Below, in pieces: positions 38,294 to 38,738 of a DNA stretch of 38,738 bases; the first letter of the stretch is position 1; every line of letters starts with the position of its first letter. The notes under the pieces were generated by a model that worked only from the letters and a program-made list of their open reading frames with translations, was not told where the DNA came from and did not search any database. A program made the position numbers and the translations under genes. Source of the stretch: a virus; the IMG/VR virus record IMGVR_UViG_3300034069_001386, positions 1 through 38,738 of that record, one strand, 5' to 3'.

Positions 38294-38738
38294 CCACCAC
38301 CTGGCCCACTCAGCTCGGCAAGCTCGCGACCGTCACCGCCTCCGGGACGGTGCAGGCCGGGAAGCACAACAGCTACAACGCGACCTCCGGCGCGATCACC
38401 GCCACGCTCCCGCCGCTCACCAGCGGCGCTGTCGCGACCGCGCTCACGGCCGGGCAGATCGTCCGCGCGAAGATCACCAAGTCGAAGTCCGACACGTCCA
38501 GCAACGCGGTCACCATCGCCTGCGCCGGCAGCGACACCTTCGAGAGCGGCTCGACCTCGCAGACGCTCCTCGTCGCCGGCGAGAAGCTCACCCTCATCGC
38601 CACGACCGTGCCCGGCGGGACCGGCCCGGTCTGGGTCGTCGAGGAGCACACGCACCCGCGCGACTCCGCCGACCTCCGCTACGCCTTCCCCGGCGACACG
38701 CTCCGGCTCCGGAACCGCCAGCCCGGCCCCCCGGTGAC
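38290..38738 (+). CDS. Tail fibre/receptor-binding protein, N-terminal part (continues at 142 after removing the overlap; full product about 548 aa)
   Basis: GTG at 38290 overlaps the TGA of the upstream gene (GTGA). The frame stays open to the window end and is in frame with ORF 11..1339 through the 141-bp overlap. Confidence 0.7.
   Translation, partial: MTTTWPTQLGKLATVTASGTVQAGKHNSYNATSGAITATLPPLTSGAVATALTAGQIVRAKITKSKSDTSSNAVTIACAGSDTFESGSTSQTLLVAGEKLTLIATTVPGGTGPVWVVEEHTHPRDSADLRYAFPGDTLRLRNRQPGPPV
38598..38738. repeat. Right copy of the 141-bp terminal overlap (identical to 1-141)
   Basis: Same as the left copy. Most simply a circular-contig closure artefact of a k=141 de Bruijn assembly. 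Confidence 0.95.

Larger units (their letters stand above)
1..38597. mobile_element. Complete temperate siphovirus-like phage genome, circularly closed (unique length 38,597 bp)
   Basis: Full module set in canonical order (terS, terL, portal, MuF-like, scaffold, capsid, connectors, major tail, G/GT, tape measure, tail tip and fibres, lysis, integrase, repressors, early genes). Window ends overlap by 141 identical bases. No host-like flanks. Confidence 0.85.

Noticed and set aside
1-38738. CRISPR arrays, tRNA/tmRNA genes, transposases or IS elements, reverse transcriptase (retron or DGR), and known multi-gene defence systems (RM, CBASS, Thoeris, Gabija and others)
   Set aside because: I saw no spacer-repeat periodicity, no cloverleaf-compatible segments, no DDE or RT motifs, and no ORF large enough or with the signature motifs (methyltransferase, cyclase, TIR, SIR2, ATPase-nuclease). 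Absence is judged by eye only.

Overview
The window is a complete, circularly closed genome of a temperate siphovirus-type phage from a high-GC (about 70%) actinobacterial host. Bases 1-141 are identical to 38598-38738, so the unique length is 38,597 bp. There are no host flanks, and I saw no tRNA, rRNA or CRISPR array.

Gene order, starting from the arbitrary break inside a tail gene:
- end of the tail-fibre module (a junction-spanning protein with a CE4/NodB-like deacetylase domain)
- accessory cassette (1.3-3.1 kb)
- lysis cassette (3.1-5.1 kb)
- structured non-coding stretch
- accessory locus with a ribbon-helix-helix (RHH) operon and an orphan ParB, both facing a triple-palindrome control region (5.3-7.4 kb)
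- DUF4236-like membrane protein, tyrosine integrase and XRE repressor (7.5-9.2 kb)
- second XRE regulator with three odd mini-genes (9.4-10.6 kb)
- genetic switch
- about 35 translationally coupled early genes (T5orf172-like, RecT, putative replication protein, many Cys-rich mini-proteins)
- terS, terL, portal, MuF-like, scaffold, capsid, a free-standing HNH endonuclease, connectors, major tail, G/GT chaperone with a canonical -1 slippery site, tape measure, tail tip and fibres

The best candidates for undescribed biology are:
1. The 55-bp divergent control region at 6159-6227. It holds three copies of GGTGTCATGACAC(C), whose centre is an ATG on both strands. It sits between an unknown/RHH/acidic-protein operon and an orphan ParB operon.
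2. The repressor-integrase arrangement, which resembles integration-dependent immunity.
3. The low-GC3 three-gene cassette behind a second XRE regulator.
4. The self-contained operon between the tail fibres and the lysis genes.

All functional calls come from motif recognition by eye. No database search or folding calculation was run. The many long R/P/G-rich antisense or off-frame ORFs in the track are treated as GC artefacts.
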